Assembly: GCA_023245355.1 (NCBI GenBank)
Contig: JAHFKN010000002.1
Location: 72,460-136,459 of the forward strand
Length of the DNA stretch: 64,000 nucleotides
DNA from: Candidatus Gottesmanbacteria bacterium
Lineage (GTDB): Bacteria > Patescibacteriota > Microgenomatia > UBA10105 > UBA927
Reading direction: 5' to 3'
The notes beneath the pieces were generated by a model. The model ran no database searches. It had not been told where the DNA came from and saw only the letters and a list, made by a program, of their open reading frames with translations. A program made the translations under genes and the position numbers. Shown in pieces: positions 51,727-60,694 of the stretch (within the stretch, counting starts at the first letter, position 1; every line of letters begins with the position of its first letter).

Positions 51727-51906
51727 AACAGATTATTGATTCGGACTGAGTTGTTCGAGCAATCCTCCGGGATTTGCCAGCGTGAAGTCAAATCCGAAAA
51801 ATACGCTTACGAGCGCTAAAATTGCCCAGCTGGCTACGACGATAATGAGTCCGATAAGCGAATTTGTGAGTCTGTCCCGTGCAGACTGAAGTTTGGCTTT
51901 GTCGCC
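51507..51906. repeat. 34-bp exact direct repeat shared by adjacent pilin genes (51507-51540 and 51873-51906)
   Basis: TGTCCCGTGCAGACTGAAGTTTGGCTTTGTCGCC occurs twice. Confidence 0.85.
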
Positions 51907-52101
51907 GCCTGCATTAATCCAGTTAAAGCCACCGATAATAAACTGAAACAGGAACCATATTCCTGCGGCAACAGTCATGATGCCGATGACAGAGGAAACC
52001 AGTTTTGTAATACCGGTGATTCCGTCTCCTGCTGATTCGCCGAACGGACCCAGTCCCGCGCCTCCTATTTGTCCCAACGATACCTGAGCTAGCTGTTTCA
52101 T
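51733..52101 (-). CDS. VirB2/TrbC-like pilin
   Basis: GGFNWINAGGDKAKLQSARDRLTNSLIG. Confidence 0.8.
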   Translation of the reverse strand: MKQLAQVSLGQIGGAGLGPFGESAGDGITGITKLVSSVIGIMTVAAGIWFLFQFIIGGFNWINAGGDKAKLQSARDRLTNSLIGLIIVVASWAILALVSVFFGFDFTLANPGGLLEQLSPNQ

Positions 52102-52105
52102 ACAA

Positions 52106-52441
52106 TTATTGTCCCGGTCCGTATATCACCGGGTTCAGGATATAGTCTGCCCGGCCGAAAATAAGATATCCGAACAGTGATGCGAGGGCAAATGATCCGA
52201 CGATGATGATAAGTCCCAAAAGTGACTGCCAAATTCTGCTCCACGCTTCAGAAAGTTTTTTGGAATCGCCGGCCGCGTTCATATAGCTATAGCCGGCAAT
52301 GATAAAGTTCATGAGGGCATAGACACCTGCCGCCACGAAAAAGAGGCGGAGAATATTGGTAATAAATAATCCGATTCCTCCCACTCCAGCATAGCTGGTT
52401 CCTTCAAGCGGATTTTGTACCTGTCCGACGATTTGTTCCAT
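52106..52441 (-). CDS. VirB2/TrbC-like pilin
   Basis: AGYSYMNAAGDSKKL..A...I..SLLG. Confidence 0.8.
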   Translation of the reverse strand: MEQIVGQVQNPLEGTSYAGVGGIGLFITNILRLFFVAAGVYALMNFIIAGYSYMNAAGDSKKLSEAWSRIWQSLLGLIIIVGSFALASLFGYLIFGRADYILNPVIYGPGQ

Positions 52442-52454
52442 AATGATGCCGGCT

Positions 52455-52766
52455 TTAAAAGCCCACAGGACTCAATATTTGTTTTCCGGTAACGACTTCG
52501 ATGATTTGTATGATCCAAAATGATCCTAATACCAGAAGCAGCCCCGTAATAGCGCCGGTGATGGCTGTTTTGCCCTGCTGTGCTTTTTTTGCGTCTCCCG
52601 CCGCTACTATAACGTTAAATCCGCCGAAAATCAATAAAATAAAGCTGATAATACCCGCTAAAACGAATGCATTTTTGACGATTGCCGTGACCACCATTCC
52701 GTAGGTTGTCAGCTCGGGGTTGGGGGCAAGATCCTGTAATGACTCTGCAAATACGCGCTCAATCAT
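52455..52766 (-). CDS. VirB2/TrbC-like pilin
   Basis: GGFNVIVAAGDAKK..QGK.AIT.AITG. Confidence 0.8.
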   Translation of the reverse strand: MIERVFAESLQDLAPNPELTTYGMVVTAIVKNAFVLAGIISFILLIFGGFNVIVAAGDAKKAQQGKTAITGAITGLLLVLGSFWIIQIIEVVTGKQILSPVGF

Positions 52767-52833
52767 ATCTATACTAGTAAGTGTAGGGAATTTGCCCGAG
52801 CACGTCAATTATGCTAAAGTAACCCTCATCCCC

Positions 52834-53373
52834 ATGAATGACGCAGCTCTTATTGCCCGTTTGTTTGCTCATGACCGGCGCACGGCAGCCTCTTTTTACC
52901 AGCAATACGCACCGCAACTGCGGCGCCACATCCTTTCAAAAGTAAAAACGGCCGAAGATGCGGAAGAAATACTTCAGGATACGCTGTTTTCGTTTTTGGA
53001 AGGACTCCGGGATTTTCGCGAACATTGCAGTGTCAGGACATACCTTTTTTCTATCTGCCACCATAAGATCATTGATTATTACCGGAGGAAAAAAATCAGC
53101 CATTTCGTGTTTTCACAGCTCCCTCAGCTGGAAACACTCGTCTCTCCGCTGTTAGGACCGGAGGCAGAACTGGATTCCGTGCTTATAAAAGAAAAAATCC
53201 GTACGGTATTTGCCCGGCTGATTCCGGTGCACCGGCAGGTATTGATACTCAAGTATCTGGAACGTGCTTCGGTAGAGGAAATTGCTGACAAGCTCTCTAT
53301 TACGTTTAAAAGCGCGGAATCGAGGCTGTTTCGGGCCCGCAGAGCGTTTGTGGAGCTTTTTCTTTCCATATAA
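52834..53373 (+). CDS. ECF (sigma-24-type) RNA polymerase sigma factor
   Basis: DAEEILQDT region 2, TYL..I....IDY.R, region 4 EEIA..L.....SRLFRAR. Confidence 0.9.
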   Translation: MNDAALIARLFAHDRRTAASFYQQYAPQLRRHILSKVKTAEDAEEILQDTLFSFLEGLRDFREHCSVRTYLFSICHHKIIDYYRRKKISHFVFSQLPQLETLVSPLLGPEAELDSVLIKEKIRTVFARLIPVHRQVLILKYLERASVEEIADKLSITFKSAESRLFRARRAFVELFLSI

Positions 53374-53375
53374 CT

Positions 53376-53606
53376 ATGAGTGATGTAACGTACCAAAAGT
53401 TTGTCAAACGATGGGAGGAGGTAACCGATATTCCTCCGCAGACGTTCGGTCCGCTGACAGGCGTATATAAACAGCTTACGAAGCGGCTCAAAGTTATGCC
53501 GTGGCCGTGGTTTGTGATCGCCGGTATCGGATTCGTGCTTATGCTGTATGTGCTTATCGGCTCGGCAATTACGATGCTCACAACCATTCTTCAAAACAGC
53601 TTCTGA
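53376..53606 (+). CDS. Small single-TM protein, possible anti-sigma factor
   Basis: 76 aa; starts 2 nt after sigma stop; C-terminal TM. Confidence 0.55.
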   Translation: MSDVTYQKFVKRWEEVTDIPPQTFGPLTGVYKQLTKRLKVMPWPWFVIAGIGFVLMLYVLIGSAITMLTTILQNSF

Positions 53607-53686
53607 TATATGGCACTCCGGTTTTTTAAACAGCGGATTTAGGCTGGCAGCGCGGGTTTTTGTCCGATGTTGCGACTACCATATTA

Positions 53687-54310
53687 ATGGACATATTGAG
53701 CGTACTTATTGTGGATGCCGTCGCGTTTGGCCGTACCGTCATAGGGATTATGACGCGGCCGTATGAAACGTACCGGAGGATCAGCAGCAAAGGAAAATCC
53801 GGGGAACTTCTGTATATTTTTGTAGTATTGGGTGTATATTTTGCGCTGGCAAGTATTGTAAAGGTGGCTGCATTCCGGCCGTTTTTGCTGACGCAGCAAT
53901 TTGTCGTCCTGTTTGCCGGGGCGCTAAGCGGAGCGCTTGTATCAACAGGGATCATTTTTATCGCGGGCCGGCTGTTTGGGGCCCGCGCGGCATTTATTCC
54001 GCTTCTGGTTGCCTGGTCATACACGCTCATTCCGACCGTCGTATGGTTTTTTGCCACGTCGCTCCTCTACGTATTATTGCCTCCGCCCCGAACTACCAGC
54101 GTTCCGGGGATTCTGTTCAGTCTGCTGTTTTTGGCGTTTTCCGCAACACTTTTGGGATGGAAAGTCACGCTTTCCTACCTTACGCTCCGGTTCAGCCTGA
54201 GGCTAAATTTCGGAAAAAGCATGCTGGTTGCGGCGGTATGTGCGCCGGTCGTTGCCGCATGGGCGTATGCCATGTATAAAACAGGAATATTTAAGGTGCC
54301 ATTTTTATGA
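53687..54310 (+). CDS. Yip1-like multi-TM membrane protein
   Basis: RP.ETY..I N-terminal motif; about five TMs. Confidence 0.6.
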   Translation: MDILSVLIVDAVAFGRTVIGIMTRPYETYRRISSKGKSGELLYIFVVLGVYFALASIVKVAAFRPFLLTQQFVVLFAGALSGALVSTGIIFIAGRLFGARAAFIPLLVAWSYTLIPTVVWFFATSLLYVLLPPPRTTSVPGILFSLLFLAFSATLLGWKVTLSYLTLRFSLRLNFGKSMLVAAVCAPVVAAWAYAMYKTGIFKVPFL

Positions 54311-55473
54311 ACGTACGGGATTTTTCATCAGCTGATGAGCGCAGGAAGGCCGTGGAAAAGGAGTTGTCCGTCGAGCTTACGCATATCGGCTCGTATAGCC
54401 TTGATGCTGGTGTTGCCGGGACACGCAACTGCGAGAATATGATCGGAGCGGCCCAGATACCCATGGGCGTAGCCGGCCCGCTCACTCTAACGACTGTTAA
54501 CGGGAAGAGCAATACCTACTATCTTCCGCTTGCCACGACAGAAGGGGCGCTTGTCGCGTCGGTTAACCGCGGGTGCAAAGCGATAACTGTAAGCGGGGGC
54601 GCAACAGTTGATAGCCATAGGGTAGGCGCGACCCGGGGCCCGGTATTTAAAGTTGCTAATCTTTCGGAAAACCGGAGATTGCATGAGTATTTAGAAGGGC
54701 ACTTTTCCGAACTCAAGGAGATAACAGAGAAAACTTCGCGCCATCTTACGCTCAAAAAGATCACATCCCGGGGGGTGGGCCTGTATCGGTTTGTCAGGTT
54801 TGTATATGACACCCAGGATGCCATGGGTCTTAATATGGTGACCATCGCAACAGATGCTGCATGCCGGTATATAGAAGAACAAACAGGGAACACCTGCGTT
54901 GCCCTTTCCGGAAATTTTTGTGTCGACAAAAAAGCTTCGTGGCAAAACTTCGTAAGCGGCAGGGGAACCAAAGTGTGGGCAGAGGTAGTGCTGCCGGCGG
55001 AGGTTTTGCGGGGAGTGTTAAAGACTGATGCCCACAAGGCATACGGAACGTGGCTGGCAAAATGTATGCTGGGAAGTGCTGTGAGCGGTTCGATCGGATT
55101 TAACGGGCAGTTTGCCAATGTGGTAGCAGCTCTTTTTATCGCGACAGGGCAGGATCCGGCGCACGTGGTGGAAGGCAGCCTCGGAGTAACCACGGCTGAA
55201 GTGGTTAATGGGAGTGATTTGTATGTAAGCGTATACCTGCCGGACCTTATGGTCGGAACGGTGGGAGGAGGGACGACGCTCGCAACCCAGCACGAAGCAC
55301 TTAGTATGCTTGGTGTGGCAGGGGCTTCCCCGGAGGGGAAACACGGAAAAAATGCGCAAACACTTGCAGAGATTGTCGGCGGTGCCGCACTGGCAGGAGA
55401 AATTTCCCTTTTGTCATCCCTTGAGCAGGGAACGCTCGCGCAGGCACACAATAAGCTTGGGAGAGGCAAATAA
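54307..55473 (+). CDS. hmgA: HMG-CoA reductase, class I (archaeal/eukaryotic-type)
   Basis: NCENMIG, PLATTEGALVAS.NRG, DAMG.NM, SGNFC.DKK, GTVGGGT. Confidence 0.95.
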   Translation: MNVRDFSSADERRKAVEKELSVELTHIGSYSLDAGVAGTRNCENMIGAAQIPMGVAGPLTLTTVNGKSNTYYLPLATTEGALVASVNRGCKAITVSGGATVDSHRVGATRGPVFKVANLSENRRLHEYLEGHFSELKEITEKTSRHLTLKKITSRGVGLYRFVRFVYDTQDAMGLNMVTIATDAACRYIEEQTGNTCVALSGNFCVDKKASWQNFVSGRGTKVWAEVVLPAEVLRGVLKTDAHKAYGTWLAKCMLGSAVSGSIGFNGQFANVVAALFIATGQDPAHVVEGSLGVTTAEVVNGSDLYVSVYLPDLMVGTVGGGTTLATQHEALSMLGVAGASPEGKHGKNAQTLAEIVGGAALAGEISLLSSLEQGTLAQAHNKLGRGK

Positions 55474-55474
55474 T

Positions 55475-56518
55475 ATGGTCGGTATCATTTCCTACGGCAC
55501 GTATATTCCGAAATACCGCATCCGTATCGCGGATATTGCGGCAGCATGGAAAAAAGACGTTGAAGAAGTAGTCCGTTCGTTAGGACTCACGGACAAGTCC
55601 GTTCCGGGATTTGATGAAGACGCCGCAACGATTGCCATTGAAGCCGCTTTGGAAAGTCTGTCCGTATTTTCCGGCACGGCAAGCGACATCGACGTGTTGT
55701 TTGTCGGAAGCGAAAGCCATCCGTACGCGGTAAATCCGACGTCAACAACCGTCGGAGAATTATTGGGAGTCGGACACGAATATCTGGCGGCTGATATGGA
55801 ATTTGCCTGTAAAGCCGGAACAGCCGCCATACAGGCGATCGCGGGCCTTGTTGCCGCCGGACATGCCGGGCTTGGTATGGCAATAGGAACGGATACGGCG
55901 CAAGGCAAGCCGCATGATTTTTTGGAATATACGGCTGCAGCCGGAGGAGCTGCTTTTTTGATCGGGAGTGAACACATCGCCGCAAAATTGTTGGCAGATA
56001 CGTCCTATTCGTCTGACACACCGGATTTTTGGCGCCGTGACGGCATGCGGTACCCTTCACATGCGGGCAGATTTACGGGGGAGCCTGCATATTACAGCCA
56101 CGTGATGGGCGCGGCTACGAGGTTGTTGGAGATGACTAATACAAAACCCACTGATTATGCGTATTGTATTTTCCACAGTCCGAACGGCAAATTTCCCCGG
56201 GAAGTAGCACGGAGATTGGGATTTACATCCGCGCAGCTGGCGCCGTCATTGCTGGTGGATCATATCGGGAATGCGTATTCGGCGACTACCATGCTGGGGC
56301 TTGCCGCAGTACTCGATATCGCAAAACCGAATCAAAAAATATTTATGGTTTCCTACGGATCAGGGGCAGGAAGTGATGCGTTCGTCTGGGAAACGACCCC
56401 AGACCTTGTGCGTTTACAGAAAGCAAAAACAAAAACCAAACAACGCGTGATGGATCAGGTAAGCCGGAAAATATACGTGGATTACGTCCAGTTTTTGAAA
56501 TTAACCCATAAACTATGA
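55475..56518 (+). CDS. HMG-CoA synthase, archaeal type
   Basis: GSESHPYAV.P, EFACKAGT, RFTGEPAY, SYGSGAGSD. Confidence 0.93.
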   Translation: MVGIISYGTYIPKYRIRIADIAAAWKKDVEEVVRSLGLTDKSVPGFDEDAATIAIEAALESLSVFSGTASDIDVLFVGSESHPYAVNPTSTTVGELLGVGHEYLAADMEFACKAGTAAIQAIAGLVAAGHAGLGMAIGTDTAQGKPHDFLEYTAAAGGAAFLIGSEHIAAKLLADTSYSSDTPDFWRRDGMRYPSHAGRFTGEPAYYSHVMGAATRLLEMTNTKPTDYAYCIFHSPNGKFPREVARRLGFTSAQLAPSLLVDHIGNAYSATTMLGLAAVLDIAKPNQKIFMVSYGSGAGSDAFVWETTPDLVRLQKAKTKTKQRVMDQVSRKIYVDYVQFLKLTHKL

Positions 56519-57654
56519 AACTGTTTGTAACAGGGGCAGCAACAACCAAATTCGGTGAACTATGGAATGCGTCTCCGCGCGGGCTTGCGCGCCACGCGGT
56601 GTTTGAGGCACTCAAAGATGCAGAAACTCTTCCATCTTCCGTGGAGGCATTGTTTGTGGGAAACATGCTTTCCGGAATGTTAGGGGGCCAAGAGCATCTC
56701 GGTGCGTTTTTTGCGGAAGAATTGGGGTTAACTGTTCCGGCATTTAAAGTGGAGGGAGCCTGCGCGTCTGGAGGCTTGGCGCTTCACAATGCCGTAAACA
56801 GTTTGTTAAGCGGACAGTATACGACGGTTGCGGTATTGGGGATAGAAAAAATGACTGATCATAAACCGGAAGATGTTGCGACGGCTCTTATGGGGGCAGG
56901 AAGTGAGGAAGAGAGAAGCGCCGGGGCAACATTTCCGGGGCTGTACGCAATACTTGCACGCGTACATATGCGCGAGTTCGGCACGACCGAAGAAGATCTC
57001 GCCGCCGTGGCCGTCAAAAATCACCTGCATGCCAGTCTCAATCCGAACGCTCAGTTTCATAACACGCTGACGGTCGAGCAGGTGATGAAAAGCAGCAGGA
57101 TAGCCGACCCGCTGAAGCTGCTGGATTGTTCACCGATTTCCGATGGTGCCGCAGCGGTTATCCTGAGTATCCATAAAACGCAAAGAGGAGTGGAATTGTC
57201 CGCCTCTGCGGTAGCAACGGACACGCTGGGGTTAGCACAGAGGAAAGATCTTACCCAGCTTGCTGCTACACGTGATGCATCCCAAAAAGCATATGCGATT
57301 GCAGGGGTAACCGAAGCCGATATTGATGTTGCCGAAGTGCATGACTGTTTCACGATTGCCGAGGTGCTTGCTATGGAGGATTTGGGATTTTTCCCCAAGG
57401 GAAAAGCGGCAGCGGCTATTGCCCAGGGAAAAACGACGGTAGGGAATGGCAAACATGTGGTTGTGAATCCGTCGGGCGGCCTGAAGGGGTGCGGACACCC
57501 GGTCGGAGCTACCGGAGTAAAGCAAATTGTCGAGTTGGTAGATCAGCTCCGGGGAATTGCCGGGAAGCGGCAAGTGTCCGGTGCGCGCGTCGGGCTTGCC
57601 CATAATGTCGGAGGGAGCGGGGCTACCGCAGTCATTCATATATTGAAAAAATAA
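56515..57654 (+). CDS. Acetoacetyl-CoA thiolase (archaeal/SCP2-like)
   Basis: EGACASG, CSPISDGAAA, EVHDCF, GHPVGATG, HNVGG. Confidence 0.93.
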   Translation: MKLFVTGAATTKFGELWNASPRGLARHAVFEALKDAETLPSSVEALFVGNMLSGMLGGQEHLGAFFAEELGLTVPAFKVEGACASGGLALHNAVNSLLSGQYTTVAVLGIEKMTDHKPEDVATALMGAGSEEERSAGATFPGLYAILARVHMREFGTTEEDLAAVAVKNHLHASLNPNAQFHNTLTVEQVMKSSRIADPLKLLDCSPISDGAAAVILSIHKTQRGVELSASAVATDTLGLAQRKDLTQLAATRDASQKAYAIAGVTEADIDVAEVHDCFTIAEVLAMEDLGFFPKGKAAAAIAQGKTTVGNGKHVVVNPSGGLKGCGHPVGATGVKQIVELVDQLRGIAGKRQVSGARVGLAHNVGGSGATAVIHILKK

Positions 57655-57656
57655 AT

Positions 57657-57959
57657 ATGCAAAGTCCGGTAAAAATTTGGAGAAATCAGAAAAATATTGC
57701 CGCATTGGTCGGTAAAACAGGCACGATTATTTCGTGGACCATCGTGCGTGTGCCGCCGGGGGATTTTACGGATCAGGCGCCGTATCCGGTGGTGCTCATT
57801 GAGATGGAAGACGGAAAACACGTGACATGTCAGATGGTTGATTATGACGTCAGTGATCTTTCCGTAGGGCAACGCGTTATAACGATTGTCCGCCGGGTAA
57901 CCCACCCGGATGCAGACGGGGTGATTCCGTACGGCATCAAAGCAAAACCACTCGTATGA
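57657..57959 (+). CDS. DUF35 OB-fold thiolase/HMGS scaffold protein, lacking zinc-ribbon cysteines
   Basis: WR N-terminus, G.I.SWT.V..PP, PY, G.RV....RR, G.I.YG.K. Confidence 0.8.
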   Translation: MQSPVKIWRNQKNIAALVGKTGTIISWTIVRVPPGDFTDQAPYPVVLIEMEDGKHVTCQMVDYDVSDLSVGQRVITIVRRVTHPDADGVIPYGIKAKPLV

Positions 57960-58897
57960 AAAAAATTATTGTTTCTGTACCTGGAAAAGTTCATCTCATG
58001 GGAGAGCATGCCGTGGTGTATGGAAAACCAGCATTACTTGCTGCAATCAATTTGCGACTGTCTGTTTCCATCGAACCGGCTAAGAAATTTGAAATTATTT
58101 CTACTGAGCCTACGGATCACGCGCAATGCGCGGTAGATTATTTACTTGGTCAATTCAAAGTTAAAAAATATCCTTTGATAAAAATTACCATTGATTCACA
58201 GATTCCGGCAGGATTTCATTTAGGTTCATCTGCGGCTGTGGCAGTTGGATTATCGGGTGCCATGATGTATTTTTTCAAAAAACTCTGGAATCCAATTCGG
58301 ATAAATGAATTAGCGTATGAAATTGAAAAGAAACAACACGGTAATCCTTCAGGCGGTGATAACACGACAGTAACAGTTGGAGGATTTGTGTGGTTTCGGA
58401 AAGAATTGGAGTTTTTGAAAAGCATCTGGCAGCTTACGTTTAAACCTCATGCTTCACTTAACCATTTTTTTCTTATTAAGACGAAGCGTCCATCAGAGAC
58501 TACCGGAGAAATGGTTGCACTCGTACGCGATCAGTACACAAAGAATCAAAAGAAAATCGAAGAATTGTTGAATCTCAATGAGCAGCAAGCGAAGCGTGTG
58601 ACAGTCGCGCTTAAGGAAGGGAACGAAGCAGCGCTTCTTGACGCTATTTGTATTGGCGAGTCAACGCTTGAGGGAATGGGAGTGGTGAGCGCAAAGGTTA
58701 CACCGCTTATACGTTCGATAGAAAAGAATGGGGGAGCGGCAAAAATATTAGGTGGTGGTGGAAAAGAAGATGGTGTAGGTTTTTTGCTTTGTTATCATCA
58801 TGAGCCAAAGCGCATTGACAAGATGTGCAAAAAGTATGGTTATGAGATTCGCTCCGTTGCACTTGGTGAAGACGGGGTGCGTTTAGAAAAACGATAA
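57956..58897 (+). CDS. mvk: Mevalonate kinase (GHMP family)
   Basis: PGKV.L.GEHAVVYG, LGSSAA, HGNPSG.D, GGGG.DG. Confidence 0.85.
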   Translation: MKKIIVSVPGKVHLMGEHAVVYGKPALLAAINLRLSVSIEPAKKFEIISTEPTDHAQCAVDYLLGQFKVKKYPLIKITIDSQIPAGFHLGSSAAVAVGLSGAMMYFFKKLWNPIRINELAYEIEKKQHGNPSGGDNTTVTVGGFVWFRKELEFLKSIWQLTFKPHASLNHFFLIKTKRPSETTGEMVALVRDQYTKNQKKIEELLNLNEQQAKRVTVALKEGNEAALLDAICIGESTLEGMGVVSAKVTPLIRSIEKNGGAAKILGGGGKEDGVGFLLCYHHEPKRIDKMCKKYGYEIRSVALGEDGVRLEKR

Positions 58898-58899
58898 CT

Positions 58900-59712
58900 A
58901 TGTCTCTTCAAGAACGACAACCCAAAATATCTCACGGGCTTATTCATTCATATGAACAAAGAGATTTTGCTACTGGACCAAAGACATATTCAGACGAACG
59001 CTTGTTTGATGTAATTGATACGGCCTCTGGGTTGAAAGGAAATAGAGAGCGTCAAGTAGTTGCTGATATGATGTCTGGGCCCGGCAATGTTGGATTAGCC
59101 TTATATGCACGACACCCTGAGCACACATATTATTTTATCGATTTAGCAAATAAACAGCTGCAAAAAATTTCAGCCGATAAACTTAATTGCATAAAGATAC
59201 AGGGAGATATTCGGAAATTGCCAATTTCAGATAATACATTTGATGTAGCTGTTGCGCGGTACGCGATAAAAGATTTGCCACAAGATGAACAATCAATTGC
59301 ACTGGCGGAAATATTCCGTACGTTAAAACCCGGTGGAGTATTTGTGTTAACTGACATGGTATCGCCAAGCGATGAAACGAAATCATGGCTCAATGCTCAG
59401 CATGCGAAAAAGCAGGAATTATCTGGCCGGCAGAAAAGCGAAGGGGTCTGTCATATCCCAACAGAGAAAGAATGGTTACATGTTTTGTCTCAAGCAGGAT
59501 TTAAGCCCGTAGTCGAAGGATATTCGACAAGTTATGTATCGACTGATGACTGGGTGAAGGGGAAGCAAATAACATCAGAGCAAGCGTCTGTATTAAACGA
59601 AATGATAATTCATGCACCATTATATATTCAAAAAGCGTTTACTATTCGAAATGACAAAGGTGCTGTTACGATTGAATATCCAGTGGTAATCATTAAAGCA
59701 ATAAAATTATGA
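58900..59712 (+). CDS. Class I SAM methyltransferase inside the mevalonate operon
   Basis: VADMMSGPG, GDIRKLP..DNTFD, EIFRTLKPGG. Confidence 0.8.
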   Translation: MSLQERQPKISHGLIHSYEQRDFATGPKTYSDERLFDVIDTASGLKGNRERQVVADMMSGPGNVGLALYARHPEHTYYFIDLANKQLQKISADKLNCIKIQGDIRKLPISDNTFDVAVARYAIKDLPQDEQSIALAEIFRTLKPGGVFVLTDMVSPSDETKSWLNAQHAKKQELSGRQKSEGVCHIPTEKEWLHVLSQAGFKPVVEGYSTSYVSTDDWVKGKQITSEQASVLNEMIIHAPLYIQKAFTIRNDKGAVTIEYPVVIIKAIKL

Positions 59713-59719
59713 TGCGGTT

Positions 59720-60694
59720 ATGAATATGAACGTCACTGTATCAGCTCCAGGAAAACTCATGGTATTTGGAGAACATGCCGTCGTGTATAATCGCCCGTGT
59801 TTGGTGACGGCGGTTGATCAGCGTATGCGTGCAAGGGTTGAGCTTACGGATGATAAGGTATTTTTCCTCGATGCTCCAGAGGTCAAGATATCTGGGTATG
59901 CACGACCAATAAGAGAAGTAGGAATGGGTGAAATACCCAAAGGCGCGAAGTTTGTGGAGATCGCGGTTAAGAATTTTATAGAAAACTATCCATCCTCCTC
60001 GGGTATAAAAGTAACCACTGCATCAGATTTTTCTTCTCAATTCGGGTTTGGCTCATCGTCTGCCTCTACCGTTTGTGTGCTTAGAGCGTTGTCGGAATTA
60101 ACGGGTAAAAAGTTAGATAATAAACAGCTGTTTGATTTGGCATATAAAACCGTTCTTGATGTGCAGGGAAAAGGATCGGGATTCGATGTGGCTGCAGCAC
60201 TTTATGGCGGGACGTTGTATTTTGTCGCTGGTGGAAAAACGATTACGCCTGTAAAACTTCGTGATATTCCTCTTGTCGTTGGATACACAGGTGTCAAAGC
60301 AGATACTGTTACGCTTATGCGTGAAGTTGGAGAAAAGATGAAGGCACAGCCGGAGCGTATCGATAGAATTTATGATGCGATCGTAAAGCTTGTCGAAGAC
60401 GCCCGAATAAAGATGATTGAAGGTGATTGGGAGAGGGTGGGAAAGCTTATGGATTTTAATCAGGAATACCTTCGTGATTTGGGGGTAAGTTCAGAAAAAC
60501 TAGAATCACTTATTTCATCTGCAAAAGGAGCAGGCGCGTGGGGGGCAAAGCTGTCGGGTGCCGGAGGAGGGGATTGTATGATTGCATTAGCGCCAGAAGA
60601 CAAGAAAAAAGCAATAGAGTCTGCCATAGAAATCGCAGGTGGACAAGTTATTCACATTTTACCCCACGCACAGGGAGCGAGGTTGGAACTATGA
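59720..60694 (+). CDS. Second GHMP kinase, probable phosphomevalonate kinase
   Basis: APGKL..FGEHAVV, GFGSSSA, QGKGSGFDVAA..YGG, KLSGAGGGDC. Confidence 0.75.
   Translation: MNMNVTVSAPGKLMVFGEHAVVYNRPCLVTAVDQRMRARVELTDDKVFFLDAPEVKISGYARPIREVGMGEIPKGAKFVEIAVKNFIENYPSSSGIKVTTASDFSSQFGFGSSSASTVCVLRALSELTGKKLDNKQLFDLAYKTVLDVQGKGSGFDVAAALYGGTLYFVAGGKTITPVKLRDIPLVVGYTGVKADTVTLMREVGEKMKAQPERIDRIYDAIVKLVEDARIKMIEGDWERVGKLMDFNQEYLRDLGVSSEKLESLISSAKGAGAWGAKLSGAGGGDCMIALAPEDKKKAIESAIEIAGGQVIHILPHAQGARLEL

Noticed and set aside
51507-51906. CRISPR-like or DGR template/variable repeat
   Set aside because: Only two identical in-frame coding copies; no spacers, cas genes, reverse transcriptase or adenine-specific mismatches
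35166-52766. Integrative conjugative element or plasmid
   Set aside because: No integrase, relaxase or att sites seen; interleaved with dnaN and nadD
54519-55469. 316-aa antisense ORF and many similar shadow ORFs (e.g. 2363-3112, 39354-39950)
   Set aside because: Fully opposite well-conserved genes, with no motifs of their own
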